Part shown: positions 1 to 10,363 of the stretch, one piece after another
How the letters are laid out: every line of letters begins with the position of its first letter
How positions within the stretch are numbered: the stretch's first letter is position 1
Assembly (NCBI GenBank): GCA_965205505.1
Contig: CBDBHB010000008.1
Span: forward strand, 1,152,001-1,216,000
DNA length: 64,000 nt
Source: Acidobacteriota bacterium
Lineage (GTDB): Bacteria > Acidobacteriota > UBA890 > WLXD01
Direction of reading: 5' to 3'
Position numbers and translations under genes: made by a program
Notes under the pieces: generated by a model
The model's database searches: none
What the model saw: the letters and a program-made list of their open reading frames with translations, nothing else
What the model was told of the DNA's origin: nothing

Positions 1-168
1 TGCCAGGAGGGCACGGGATTGCAGCTCATGATGGGCGGTAGCCATCGTTGGCGCAGCGAATCCCTTGAGGAGCTCAACGGTCGGTGATTGACTCCAGGCG
101 TCCAGATACTGACCAGCCAACAAAGTGACTCGACAAGGGTCATCTTCGGAAACTCCGGGAGGTAGACA

Positions 169-1980
169 ATGGCAGGCGGATCGATGACGGAAACCAGGCC
201 CCGTCTGTTGATCGCTCTGCTGGCGAGCCTGAGCGTATCGGCTTGTCAGCCGTCAGCGCAGGACGCGTCGCCAGGCGATGCTGGCGGTCCTGCCGATTTG
301 GTCTTGCGCGGCGGTAAGTTTTTTACCCTCGACGAAGCCCAGGTCTGGGCGGAAGCCGTCGCGATCCAGGACGGCAGGTTCGTCTACGTCGGCGACGACG
401 CTGGTGTACAGAGCTTCGTTGGCCCCGATACCGATCGCCATGATCTCAGCGGCAGGCTGACGATTCCCGGTCTGGTGGATTCCCATACACACCCGGGCCT
501 GATGGGGCGGGAGTCGGCCGGGTACATCGCCGTCCCCGTGGGTGGTGGTCCGAGAGGGAGTCTGCCCAGGCGCGGGAACAACGAGGAGGTCGTCGCCGCG
601 GTGCAGGCGTATGCCCAGGCCAACCCGGACCTTGCCTGGATCGAGATGGGTAGCTGGTCCGGGCATGTCTACGGCAAAGCGGGCCCACACAGGAGAGATT
701 TGGATCGCGTCGTACCGGATCGACCGGTGATGCTGGGGGACGACACCGGCCATAGCGTTTGGGTCAATTCCGTGGCGCTCGAGTTGATGGGGGTCGACAG
801 GAACACACCCGATCCGGTACCCGGTCTTTCGATGTTCGTACGGGATGCCGATGGGGAGCCCACCGGCTGGATCAAGGAGTTCGCCGCCTGGCCCTATGCG
901 CGGCCCATTGCTGCTGAAGTCGACGCGGAGTCCAACAAGGAAGGTATCGCCACCTTCTTGGAGTACCTGTCACGTCTCGGCGTTACCACACTCTTGGACG
1001 CTGGCAACTTCAACTACCACGATCTCACGTACTCGCTGGTGGCTGAGCTAGAGGCGGCCGGTCGTCTGCCGGTTCGCTACGAGGCCAGCTATCACATCAT
1101 CTTGCCCGATCAGGTGCCCGGTGCGATCGATGAGCTACAGCGGCTGCGGCGCGCCTACGGCGGCGAACGTCTGACGTTCAACACCATCAAGATTCACTTC
1201 GACGGCACCGACGAGCTTCGTACCGGAGCGGTGCTCGAGCCTTTCAGCGACGACCCGGGCAACCGGGGCACTACGCTGCTCGACACCGAGGAGATGAGTG
1301 ATTTCATCGTCCGGCTTCACGAAGCCAGGATCGATCTGCACTTGCACATCATGGCCGACCGGGGCGTTCGCATCGCGCTGGATGCCGTGGAGGAAGCGCA
1401 GAGGTCGATCGACGGCGACCTCTATCCGCGCGTCACCATCTGCCACCTGGACATCATCGATACGGCTGACTACCCCCGTTTCAAACAGCTGGGTGTCATT
1501 GCCAACTACACGCCTCAATGGCACGGCCTGGGAGACCGACTGCCGTTGACCGCCACTACCCTTGGCGACCGCTTCGAGAGGATGCTGCTGGTCCAGCCGT
1601 TACTGGATGACGGCGCGGTCGTGACCTTCTCCAGCGACGTGACATCGCTGCGGGGCATGGAGCGGGCCAACCCGTATCTGGGGATGCAGATCGGCCACAA
1701 CCGCCAATATCACGAACAAGGTGATGCCGCGCCGATCAGGCTGCCGATGACCGAACGCCTGGACCTGGAGGACTTGATCAAGGGATACACGTCGAGCGGC
1801 GCCTATCAGCTCCGTATGGAGGACCAGCTCGGCTCGATCGAGGTGGGCAAGCTCGCCGATCTGGTCGTGCTCGATCGGAACGTGTTCGAAGTGGACCGTT
1901 ACGAGATCCACACGGTGCGACCCGAAGCGGTCTTCATGGAGGGCGAGATCATTAGCGGAAGCTCAGATGCGTGGAGATAA
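169..1980 (+). CDS. Amidohydrolase_3 (YtcJ-like) metal-dependent hydrolase, predicted lipoprotein
   Basis: GGAGGT RBS; lipobox-like LSVSAC; PGLVDSHTH, HIMADRG, SSD and GSIEVGKLADLVVLD motifs. Confidence 0.9.
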   Translation: MAGGSMTETRPRLLIALLASLSVSACQPSAQDASPGDAGGPADLVLRGGKFFTLDEAQVWAEAVAIQDGRFVYVGDDAGVQSFVGPDTDRHDLSGRLTIPGLVDSHTHPGLMGRESAGYIAVPVGGGPRGSLPRRGNNEEVVAAVQAYAQANPDLAWIEMGSWSGHVYGKAGPHRRDLDRVVPDRPVMLGDDTGHSVWVNSVALELMGVDRNTPDPVPGLSMFVRDADGEPTGWIKEFAAWPYARPIAAEVDAESNKEGIATFLEYLSRLGVTTLLDAGNFNYHDLTYSLVAELEAAGRLPVRYEASYHIILPDQVPGAIDELQRLRRAYGGERLTFNTIKIHFDGTDELRTGAVLEPFSDDPGNRGTTLLDTEEMSDFIVRLHEARIDLHLHIMADRGVRIALDAVEEAQRSIDGDLYPRVTICHLDIIDTADYPRFKQLGVIANYTPQWHGLGDRLPLTATTLGDRFERMLLVQPLLDDGAVVTFSSDVTSLRGMERANPYLGMQIGHNRQYHEQGDAAPIRLPMTERLDLEDLIKGYTSSGAYQLRMEDQLGSIEVGKLADLVVLDRNVFEVDRYEIHTVRPEAVFMEGEIISGSSDAWR

Positions 1981-1987
1981 TCCCGGG

Positions 1988-4120
1988 ATGAACCGATCCA
2001 AGCTTGGCGCCGCGGCCATCGCCGCTGTTGTCGCGGTGACGGTCCTCGGCTTCGTGTTTCAGGAAGTCTCGCTGGGCGGCACCCTGCGGCGCCAGGAGAC
2101 AGCTGCCGAGGGCATCGGCAGCGTCGACGGTGCCCGCATCGCTCGGGCCGACGAGGAACCGGGGAACTGGTTCACCGGCGGCCGTACGTTCTCCGAGCAA
2201 CGGTTCTCGCCGTTGGTCCAGATCCACCAGGACAACGTAGGCGCGCTCGGCTTCGCCTGGGAATACGACCTGCGGACCAAGCGGCCGCTCGAGGCCTCGC
2301 CGGTCGTCATCGACGGTGTCCTGTACGCCAGCAGCCCCTGGGGCCGCGTTGACGCCCTGGACGCGGCGACGGGTGAGGAGCTCTGGAGCTACGATCCGCA
2401 GGTGCCCGGCAGCTGGGCTCGCAAGGCGTGTTGTGGCGTGGTCAACCGCGGCTTGGCGGCCTGGAAGGGCTCCATATACGTCGCTTCCCTCGACGGTCGG
2501 CTCGTCCGACTGGACGCCCGCACAGGTGAGCCGCTTTGGGAGCAGGATACGCTGATCGATCGGGACCGTGACTACACCATCACCAGCGCCCCTCGCGTCG
2601 TGCGGGATCGCGTCGTCATCGGCAACAGCGGCGCCGAGTACGGGGTGCGCGGCTACGTCACCGCTTACGACGTCGAGTCGGGCGAGCTGGCGTGGCGCTT
2701 CTATACCGTACCGGGCGATCCCGACCTGCCCTTCGAGCATCCCGAGATGGAGATGGCGGCGGCCACTTGGGACCCCGACTCGCTGTGGGAGTTCGGTGGC
2801 GGCGGCACCGTATGGGGCGACATGGCCTACGACCCCGAGCTGAACTTGCTGTACGTGGGAACGGGGAACGCCTCGCCTTACCCCGTGGCGACCAGGAGCC
2901 CGGCCGGCGGGGACAACCTGTTTCTCGCATCGATTCTGGCCATCAACCCGGACACGGGTCGACTCGCGTGGCACTACCAGACGACGCCTGGAGAGAATTG
3001 GGACTACACGGCGACACAGAACCTGATTCTGGCCGACCTGGATATCGATGGGCGCCAGCGAAAGGTCATCATGCAGGCGCCGAAGAACGGTTTCTTCTAT
3101 GTGATCGACCGGCGCACCGGCGAGCTGATGTCAGCGGAACCGTACGTCACAGTGAACTGGGCCAGCCACGTGGATCTCGCCACCGGCCGTCCGGTACAGG
3201 TGCCGGCTGGCGACTATGCCGATGAACCGAAGACCGTCAGCCCCTCCTGGTGGGGTGGGCACAACTGGCATCCGATGGCGTTCAGTCCGACGACGGGGCT
3301 CGTGTACGTTCCGACGATCGAGTGGCCGACCACCTTCGAGCGCGTGCCCGACCCCGTCTACAGCCCGGGCCAGCAAATCACGGGAGTCAGGACCCAGGGT
3401 GGGTCGTTTCCCTACGACGCGCCCGTAGAGGATGAGCCCCACGCCCTCAAGGCCTGGGACCCGGTGGCCAACCGCGAGGTCTGGCGCGTGAGCTACCGGT
3501 TTCCCTACAACGGCGGCGTGCTGACCACAGCCGGCAACCTGGTGTTCCAGGGGACGGTCGACGGTCGACTGAAGGCCTATGCCGCCGACAGCGGGGCAGA
3601 GTTGCTGGACATCGAGGTCGGCACCAGCATCATGGCGGCGCCGGTGGCGTACCTCGTGGACGGTATCCAGCACATTGCGGTGCTGGCCGGCTACGGCGGT
3701 GGCTCGAGCGCCCGGGCGTTCCCGGAGGGCTCGGCGGCGATCGAGCGCGGCAATGCGGGGCGCATCATCGCGTTCAAGCTCGGCGGCGGGCCAGTGCCGC
3801 TGCCGCCGGTCGTTGATCCCCGCCCCGAAATCCCGCTACCGCCTCGCCCGGACGCTTCCCCTGAAACGCTCGCGGAGGGCCAGCAGCTCTACCGCCGCTA
3901 TTGCGCCGATTGCCATCGAATCGATGACCAGCCGACGATAGCGCCCAATCTGTTGCGCATGGACGCCGCCGCTCACGACGGGTTCGAGAGAATTGTTGTC
4001 GAGGGGCTCCTCGAAGCCAACGGCATGCCCGACTTCGGCCAGGATCTCACCGCAGACGAGGTCGAGGCCATTCACGCGTTTCTTGTCGAGACTGCCCACG
4101 AGGTACGCGGCGCCGACTGA
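1988..4120 (+). CDS. Quinohemoprotein (type II) PQQ-dependent alcohol dehydrogenase with C-terminal cytochrome c
   Basis: Vicinal CC in ACCGVVNRG, GAEYG, WDYT (no second Asp, so Ca-type rather than lanthanide-type), heme motif CADCH and GMP axial Met; start moved to ATG 1988 behind GGAG. Confidence 0.92.
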   Translation: MNRSKLGAAAIAAVVAVTVLGFVFQEVSLGGTLRRQETAAEGIGSVDGARIARADEEPGNWFTGGRTFSEQRFSPLVQIHQDNVGALGFAWEYDLRTKRPLEASPVVIDGVLYASSPWGRVDALDAATGEELWSYDPQVPGSWARKACCGVVNRGLAAWKGSIYVASLDGRLVRLDARTGEPLWEQDTLIDRDRDYTITSAPRVVRDRVVIGNSGAEYGVRGYVTAYDVESGELAWRFYTVPGDPDLPFEHPEMEMAAATWDPDSLWEFGGGGTVWGDMAYDPELNLLYVGTGNASPYPVATRSPAGGDNLFLASILAINPDTGRLAWHYQTTPGENWDYTATQNLILADLDIDGRQRKVIMQAPKNGFFYVIDRRTGELMSAEPYVTVNWASHVDLATGRPVQVPAGDYADEPKTVSPSWWGGHNWHPMAFSPTTGLVYVPTIEWPTTFERVPDPVYSPGQQITGVRTQGGSFPYDAPVEDEPHALKAWDPVANREVWRVSYRFPYNGGVLTTAGNLVFQGTVDGRLKAYAADSGAELLDIEVGTSIMAAPVAYLVDGIQHIAVLAGYGGGSSARAFPEGSAAIERGNAGRIIAFKLGGGPVPLPPVVDPRPEIPLPPRPDASPETLAEGQQLYRRYCADCHRIDDQPTIAPNLLRMDAAAHDGFERIVVEGLLEANGMPDFGQDLTADEVEAIHAFLVETAHEVRGAD

Positions 4121-4259
4121 GACTCCAAGCGTAGAACCTACCTCCTGAATCTCAGTGCATCATCGTGGCAAGGTCGCCGATCTGGAGTTGCCACCCATGA
4201 AGTACCCGAAACGGAGCCAAAAGAGCAGACGACGTACAAGCCAATCCGCACAACCATCG

Positions 4260-6707
4260 TCAGCGTTGTGTCCCGTCTCGGAGCTGCATCCCAAGGCGCG
4301 CGTGCTGGTTGGAGAGCTCGTTTCTGCCGAGTCGATTGTAGATATCCGCCAGCAAGAGATGCCCTAGCACCTGGTCCTGCCTGGTCACTTCTTGCGGCAC
4401 CCCGCTCGCAGTCGCCGACTCGAGTCGCTCCAGCGCCCCCTCGACGAGCGACACGGCCTCGTCGAGGCGCTCGTTCTTCACCAGGTAGATACGGGCGAGG
4501 AAAAGGCGCCCACTGGTGGACTGCGGGTCGATCTCGAGGGTCAGACGCAGGTAGCGCTCCTCCTCGACGAGGTCGCCGCGGTTGCGAAAGATGACGCTGA
4601 GGTTGAAGGCGGCCCTGCCGTTGCGCGGCGAGATCTCGAGCTCGCGGCGGTAGGCTCCGATCGCCTCGTCCGGCTGTTGCCGGGTCTGGAACAGCAAGGC
4701 ACGTTGGAAGTGCAGATCGGCGATGCTCTCGTTGAAGCCGCGCGCCAGGTTCAGGTGTTCCTCCGCCATGCTCAGGCGGTTGCTGGCCAGCTGCACGGCC
4801 CCGAGCCCGACATGCGCGGCGGCCATGATGTTGTTCGCCGGAGCATCCTCGTTGAGGCGCAACGCCTCGTTGAAATAGGTCGCCGCCTCGGTGTAGGAGC
4901 GCCTGGCCTGCTTGATGCGCCCGAGGCTGATGTACAGCCGGGCATCCTGGACCGCCCGGCGCCCCCCCGGCTCCAGGACGCCAATGAAGTCCAGCAACAC
5001 CTTCTCGGCCTCGTCCAACCGACCGGACTTCCTCTGCGTGCTGGTAAGAAAGAGCACCAGGGCCGCATCCTCGGGCCTCATAGAGAGTGCGGTCTCGAAG
5101 GCCTCGATCGCTTCGTCGTAGCGGAGCTGCTCGACGAGCAGGTTGCCGAGCGACTGGTGTGCATCGACTACTCCGGCATCCGCGGCGATGACCCCCCGCA
5201 GGAGCAGCTCGGCCTCGGCCATCTCGTCATTGACGGTCAGACGGCGGGCCCGCAGCAGGTCGTTGTAGATCTCGATCTTGTCCCTCGGGTTGGCGCGCTC
5301 GACGTCCGGGTCGTCCGCATCGGCGCTGGCGTTGCCGATGTACCCGAGTGCGGCGAGCCGCTGGAGAGTCTCCTGGTCGAGCGTGACGGTGTCCGCCGGG
5401 TTGGCGTTCTCCTCGAGCTGCGCCACCAGCTCCTCGGCCTCCCGGCGCAGCGCCTCTGCCGTGGCGGCGCGCTCCGATGCGAGGTTCTGCTGCTCCTCAG
5501 GGTCCTGCACAAGATCGTAGAGCTCCGGCTCGGGCGAGATGATGAGCTTGTGGGTGGGCTCGAGGATCGCCTGGAGCTCGCTCCAGCCGAAATGGAGGCG
5601 CGGGTAAAAAGTCTCGGCATAGATGCGCCCGTCGGGCCAGCCCTCGACTTCGGTGTTCTGGATGAACAGTGGTACAAGGCTCCTGCCATGTACCACTTCG
5701 GGGGTCTCCAGCCCGGTCAACTCCAGCACGGTCGGCATGACGTCGATCAACGAGACCAGCTCGTGGCGCTGAACGCCCCGCGGCTCGTCGAACGGCGTGG
5801 CGATGATCAGCGGCACCCGGATGGCCGACTCATACAGCAGCAGCCCGTGCTCGTTCTCCCCGTGCTCGCCAAGGCTCTCGCCGTGATCGGCTGCCACCAC
5901 CACGTAGGTGTCGTCGGACAGACCGGAGTCGTCCAGCCAGGAGGTCAGCCGGCCCACCAAGGAGTCGGTCCAGGCGATCTCACCAACGTAGGGGTCGGCG
6001 TATCGTGACCTGAAGGGTTCGGGTGGCTCGTATGGGGTATGCGGGTCGTACAGGTGAACCCACATGAAGAACGGGGTCGTGTCGTCCTCGCCGGCCCACG
6101 CCAGGGCGGTGTCGACGACCTCGGATCCTGGGCGCTGCACGCGGCTCAGAAAGATCGCTCGCTGCTTGGGCATCTCGAAGTCGTCGAAGTACCGGTCGAA
6201 CCCCTGGGCCAGGCCCCAGCGAGAGTCTAGGACGAAGGCTCCGACGAAGGCGCCGGTGCGGTAGCCGGCCTGCTGGAAGCTCTCGGCCAGGGTCTGCAGA
6301 CCTTCCGGCGCGACGTGTACGCCGTTGTCGCGCACCCCATGGTAGGGCGGGTGGGTGCCAGTGGACAGCGACGTGTGCGAGGGCAGCGTCAGCGGCGTCG
6401 AGGCGTAGGCGCGCATGAAGGTAACGCCGCGGGCGGCAAGTGCATCGATAACAGGTGTGTCGATCTCGTCGAAGCCGTACACGCCGATACGATCGGCGCG
6501 CGTCGTGTCGAGCGTCACCAGCAGGACGTTGAGCTTGCGGTCGCCGCGGAGCTCGTCGAGGTACGCCCCCGGGGACGCTCCCGAGCCACAGCCGGTCGTC
6601 AGCAGGACGATCGCGGACACGGACGCGACGGCGGTGAGCGCTGCGATCGCACCAGGCCCCGGCATACGCCGACCGCGGTCGAAGCTCGGCATCCTACTCG
6701 CCTCCAT
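4260..6707 (-). CDS. Sulfatase/alkaline-phosphatase-superfamily hydrolase fused to TPR repeats
   Basis: NVLLVTLDTTRAD, PLTLPSH, HLYDPH, ADHGE motifs; helical TPR-like C-terminal half. Confidence 0.9.
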   Translation of the reverse strand: MEASRMPSFDRGRRMPGPGAIAALTAVASVSAIVLLTTGCGSGASPGAYLDELRGDRKLNVLLVTLDTTRADRIGVYGFDEIDTPVIDALAARGVTFMRAYASTPLTLPSHTSLSTGTHPPYHGVRDNGVHVAPEGLQTLAESFQQAGYRTGAFVGAFVLDSRWGLAQGFDRYFDDFEMPKQRAIFLSRVQRPGSEVVDTALAWAGEDDTTPFFMWVHLYDPHTPYEPPEPFRSRYADPYVGEIAWTDSLVGRLTSWLDDSGLSDDTYVVVAADHGESLGEHGENEHGLLLYESAIRVPLIIATPFDEPRGVQRHELVSLIDVMPTVLELTGLETPEVVHGRSLVPLFIQNTEVEGWPDGRIYAETFYPRLHFGWSELQAILEPTHKLIISPEPELYDLVQDPEEQQNLASERAATAEALRREAEELVAQLEENANPADTVTLDQETLQRLAALGYIGNASADADDPDVERANPRDKIEIYNDLLRARRLTVNDEMAEAELLLRGVIAADAGVVDAHQSLGNLLVEQLRYDEAIEAFETALSMRPEDAALVLFLTSTQRKSGRLDEAEKVLLDFIGVLEPGGRRAVQDARLYISLGRIKQARRSYTEAATYFNEALRLNEDAPANNIMAAAHVGLGAVQLASNRLSMAEEHLNLARGFNESIADLHFQRALLFQTRQQPDEAIGAYRRELEISPRNGRAAFNLSVIFRNRGDLVEEERYLRLTLEIDPQSTSGRLFLARIYLVKNERLDEAVSLVEGALERLESATASGVPQEVTRQDQVLGHLLLADIYNRLGRNELSNQHARLGMQLRDGTQR

Positions 6708-6830
6708 CGTCAGGGGTCGGAGCCCGCAGCCTTTGGGGATCCTCCCAGATACTAGCGCGGATTCCCCAGATGGATCATTGATCCCGACCTTCGCTGCTCA
6801 GGCAGGTGCGGCGGTACGCCGACGACGACG

Positions 6831-7151
6831 GGCACTGTCAAGTTAACTGCGCTGACTCGAGATCAGGGCCGACTGCTTGGCATCGAGCTGGCCTTTCTCA
6901 GTCAGCCGCGCGGCTGCCGTCTGTCTCACCCAGGCCGCCTTCGATCAGGGGCACCGGGCGGTTCAGGAACTGCTGACCGACGTCATCCGACCCGAGTTCC
7001 AGTTATCCCTGGGCCGAACGTACCTGAGCGACGCCTCGGTTTGAGCGGTATGAGGCCGCCTGGCCGGGCGTGAAACGCCCGGCCAGGGCAAAGGACTCGA
7101 GGTTCATGGATCGCGAGTTTGGCGCCGATTTCGAGTTAACTTGACAGTGCC
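6831..7151. mobile_element. 321-bp non-autonomous element (MITE) with IS6-like terminal inverted repeats
   Basis: Perfect 18-bp TIRs GGCACTGTCAAGTTAACT (6831-6848) and AGTTAACTTGACAGTGCC (7134-7151); no transposase inside; no clear TSD. Confidence 0.65.
7059..7087. terminator. GC-rich hairpin, possible terminator downstream of the TonB receptor gene
   Basis: CCTGGCCGGGCGT-GAA-ACGCCCGGCCAGG, 13-bp perfect stem; no U-tract. Confidence 0.4.
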
Positions 7152-7168
7152 GCTCGCGTCCATTCCAA

Positions 7169-10057
7169 TCAGAAGGAGATTCGTGTCCCGAGCCTAAACT
7201 GCCGCCCGGGCAGCAGTGAGGTTGATGCCCGGGGTGACCCGACCGAGGAGCCTCCGGCCACGCGGAACGTTCGGTTGATTCGCTCGCTGACGCCGGTCGG
7301 GGAGAAGTTGTTGAGCAAGTTGAATCCGTCGACCATCAGCTCCAACCGGCCTTGCGCCCCCATATTGAAGGATTTCGACAACCGCAGATCGAGCTGATTG
7401 AGCGAGTCCCACGTCCTGCTGCCGATCTTCTCGATGTGTGTGCTGCCGTAGGGCATGTTGCGCAAAGCGGTAAGTCCCCCCGCTCGGCTGTTGTGATCTA
7501 CCTGGAGGTTCCACGGCCGACCCGACGACAGGTTCCAGTACATACCCGCAAGGATGTCTCCGGGCAGCCTGTAGTTGCCCAGTACCTTCCAGCTCCATTT
7601 CCTGCTGAAGCGCAACGGACCATCCATGGCGAACGGGTTGCCGTTGAAGTTCGGGTGGTTTGCCGCGTCGGGCCCCCACCCCCAGAGGCTCTCGCCGTCG
7701 CCATTCTCCAGCGTTCCCCTGTTGTTCTGGTAGGTGAGGGAGGTGCTGATGTTGAGACCGGAACCCGTTCGCCTTCGGTCCAGCGTCAGCGTCACGATAT
7801 CGTGCGTCCGCTTGTAGTAGTCGAGGTTGCCGAGAATGGGTTCGCGAAGGCCGTCATCTTTGGAATAGAGCGTCTGCGACGTCCCGGGCACCACGGTTCC
7901 GTCCGCTAACGTCGCGTCGGGGCTGGTGTAGTCGAAGGCCGTGTAGTTGTGCGTGATGGTGTCGATCGCCCTGATAAAGTTGCTGTCGTCTTTGTGGATG
8001 TAGTCGACCCCCACGACCCAGTCGTCGACGAACTCGTACTCGAATCCGATGTTGAAGATATCCGTGTGCATCCCCTGCACGCCTGGGGCGAGCGGAATTG
8101 TAGCGGCGTCGATCGAAACCAGGTTTTCGGGTTGGAAAACAAGCTCTTGCAGCACCAACAGTTCCGCGTCCGTCGGGTTGTTCGGGTCAGCCAACAAACC
8201 GTCAGGTATATCGAAGTAGTACGACGCGTAGGGTTGGTATGGGTCCTGGTACGCGGTGCCGCTGGCTGTAGAGACGTGTGAGATGACGCTCTTTTCGAAG
8301 TAGCGCCCCCAGCTGCCATGCGCAACGGCACGGCCATCACCGCCCAGGTCCCAGGTCCCACCAAAGCGTGGCGCCAAGTAGTTGAGCTGGTGCACCCAGG
8401 GAGCGCCGGTCGGCTTGCCGTCGAGTCTCTCGTGCCAGTTGGTCCTCTCAAAGCGCAGCCCGAGGTTGAGGGTGACGTTGTCGGTAACGGTAACGTCATC
8501 CTGAATAAAGGCTGCGGAGCTTACGGTTTGGCCCTCGAGGCCAATGTCGTAGATAGACCCGTATGTGTACGAGTAGCCATAATAGTTATAGGTAAACAGA
8601 CCCCCGAGGCCGGTATAACCAGCAATCCAGCTGGACCAACTGTCCTTGTACTGGAGACCGATCTTGGCGTCATGCGCGACGCCCAGGAAGTCGTCGACGT
8701 ATTGCGTCACCGTTCCCGAGATCTCTTTGCGGGCGTTGTCCTCGTCCTCCAGGAAGCCCCGGGTGATCCTCCTCGAGTTGTTAAACCAGTAGTCGGGTAG
8801 CTCGCAGCACACGAGCGGGAGGCGCAAGAAGTCCGCCGCATTTGATGCGAAGCGGAGATCGGTGAAGGTGTTGTCGCCCAGTTGGGATTGCCAGGACAAC
8901 AACAGGGTTATGCTGCCGTAGTCGGTATCCATGGCGACGTCGAGCGGTGAACCTGTTCGCAGGTCGCGGTTCGTCTCTCTGCCCGGATCGTTGTTGATCA
9001 TGAACCCGAACGTGTTGGTGTCGTTGAGCAAAAAATCTACCCTGCCGTGCATTGTCCATCTATCGTTACCCTGCTGGGCATCGTCGACGGCGATTCCGCC
9101 GTCAAGCCAGATCTGGTCGGCGACCACCGAATCGAGCGTCTCATTACGGCCGATGCTGCCGAAGAAGAGCAGCTTGTTGCGCACAATCGGGCCGCCGACA
9201 GTGACGGACCATTCGCGGTCGTAGGAGTACTTTCCGCGCTCGAGATCGATGATGCCGCCGGAGTTGTCGGATCTCAGAGAGCCGTTCTCGAAGTAGAAAG
9301 AGCCGCTGCCGTGAAACTCGTTGGTGCCCCCCTTGGTCACCAAGTTGATCATCGCGCCGGTGAACTCGCTGTGCTCGGCGCTGGCGCCGACACCGACAAT
9401 CTGGATCTCGGCGATCGTATCGACGTTCGGGTTGACCCAGGTGGTACCCCATTCGTTCTCGGTGATATCAACGCCGTTGAGCCGGTAGCCGTTGGTTGCC
9501 GAACCCACCCGATGCGCGCTGGTGCCCTCGGCGTGGTTGCCGCCGGCGCCATAGGCTCCCTTGTCGGCGAAGCCAGGGGCGAAGTTCGTCATGTCGGTGA
9601 AGTCACGCACCACCGGAACGTTTTCCAGCATATCCGCGCCGTATGACGTCGTAAGCGATGACGACTCGATGTCGATCAACGGCGTCTCGGAGACCACGGT
9701 TACCGTCTCTGAAACCCCCGCCAGCTCCAGCTCCGCAATCACGCTTGCGGTTGTGCCGACGCTCACCCGGACGTTGTAGGCCATCGTCTGGAACCCGGTG
9801 AGCGCGACCGTCACGATGTAACTTCCCGGCCTGAGATTACGGAACCGGAACTCACCCGCGACGTCGCTCGTCGCCGAGCGAGATGCCTCGATGAGGTTTT
9901 CTCCCTCGATGGTGGCTGTGGCACCGGGCAGCCCCGCACCATCCGCGTCCACAACCTCTCCGTCGACTATTCCGGTCAACTGGTCGCCCTGCGCCATTAC
10001 CTGGGCGGGGAGTATCAGCAACATAGCAACCGTCATGACGGCAAGCGTAGAACGCAT
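7169..10057 (-). CDS. TonB-dependent receptor with N-terminal carboxypeptidase-regulatory-like domain
   Basis: AGGAGGAGGT RBS before ATG 10057; signal peptide; GEVVDADGAGLPGAT, NLVTKGGTNEFHG, APRFG; C-terminal ...RLGTRISF. Confidence 0.92.
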   Translation of the reverse strand: MRSTLAVMTVAMLLILPAQVMAQGDQLTGIVDGEVVDADGAGLPGATATIEGENLIEASRSATSDVAGEFRFRNLRPGSYIVTVALTGFQTMAYNVRVSVGTTASVIAELELAGVSETVTVVSETPLIDIESSSLTTSYGADMLENVPVVRDFTDMTNFAPGFADKGAYGAGGNHAEGTSAHRVGSATNGYRLNGVDITENEWGTTWVNPNVDTIAEIQIVGVGASAEHSEFTGAMINLVTKGGTNEFHGSGSFYFENGSLRSDNSGGIIDLERGKYSYDREWSVTVGGPIVRNKLLFFGSIGRNETLDSVVADQIWLDGGIAVDDAQQGNDRWTMHGRVDFLLNDTNTFGFMINNDPGRETNRDLRTGSPLDVAMDTDYGSITLLLSWQSQLGDNTFTDLRFASNAADFLRLPLVCCELPDYWFNNSRRITRGFLEDEDNARKEISGTVTQYVDDFLGVAHDAKIGLQYKDSWSSWIAGYTGLGGLFTYNYYGYSYTYGSIYDIGLEGQTVSSAAFIQDDVTVTDNVTLNLGLRFERTNWHERLDGKPTGAPWVHQLNYLAPRFGGTWDLGGDGRAVAHGSWGRYFEKSVISHVSTASGTAYQDPYQPYASYYFDIPDGLLADPNNPTDAELLVLQELVFQPENLVSIDAATIPLAPGVQGMHTDIFNIGFEYEFVDDWVVGVDYIHKDDSNFIRAIDTITHNYTAFDYTSPDATLADGTVVPGTSQTLYSKDDGLREPILGNLDYYKRTHDIVTLTLDRRRTGSGLNISTSLTYQNNRGTLENGDGESLWGWGPDAANHPNFNGNPFAMDGPLRFSRKWSWKVLGNYRLPGDILAGMYWNLSSGRPWNLQVDHNSRAGGLTALRNMPYGSTHIEKIGSRTWDSLNQLDLRLSKSFNMGAQGRLELMVDGFNLLNNFSPTGVSERINRTFRVAGGSSVGSPRASTSLLPGRQFRLGTRISF

Positions 10058-10070
10058 TGCACCTCCTCCT

Positions 10071-10106
10071 GGGCAACGCCATCGCCCTGGGGCAACGCCA
10101 TCGCCC
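10071..10106. repeat. Tandem 17-bp repeat (period 19) in the TonB receptor leader
   Basis: GGGCAACGCCATCGCCC at 10071-10087 and 10090-10106, immediately upstream of the RBS. Confidence 0.8.
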
Positions 10107-10363
10107 GAAATAAACGCAGCTGACCTTCTGGTGGGTAATAGCACCGCACCGACGCCGCTGTCAACGGAGTCGGGGTCCCACATCCCACGATAACCACCTG
10201 TACCTGAACGTCGGCCACGGTGGTTTCGAGGGTTGACCAACCATCAGGCTGCTGCCAACGTAGCCGGGCTCGAAGCTGCGAAGCCGACGATCAGAGCGAA
10301 CGCCCTCGGGAATCGAACGTGGGCAAGGAAGGGATCGAACCACGGCAAGGAGGCGAGGGATGA

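Noticed and set aside
1988-4120. Lanthanide-dependent dehydrogenase
   Set aside because: The motif is WDYT, lacking the additional Asp (D-x-D) of XoxF/PedH-type enzymes
10058-10240. N-terminal extension of the TonB receptor in the ORF track
   Set aside because: A strong RBS and signal peptide place the start at 10057
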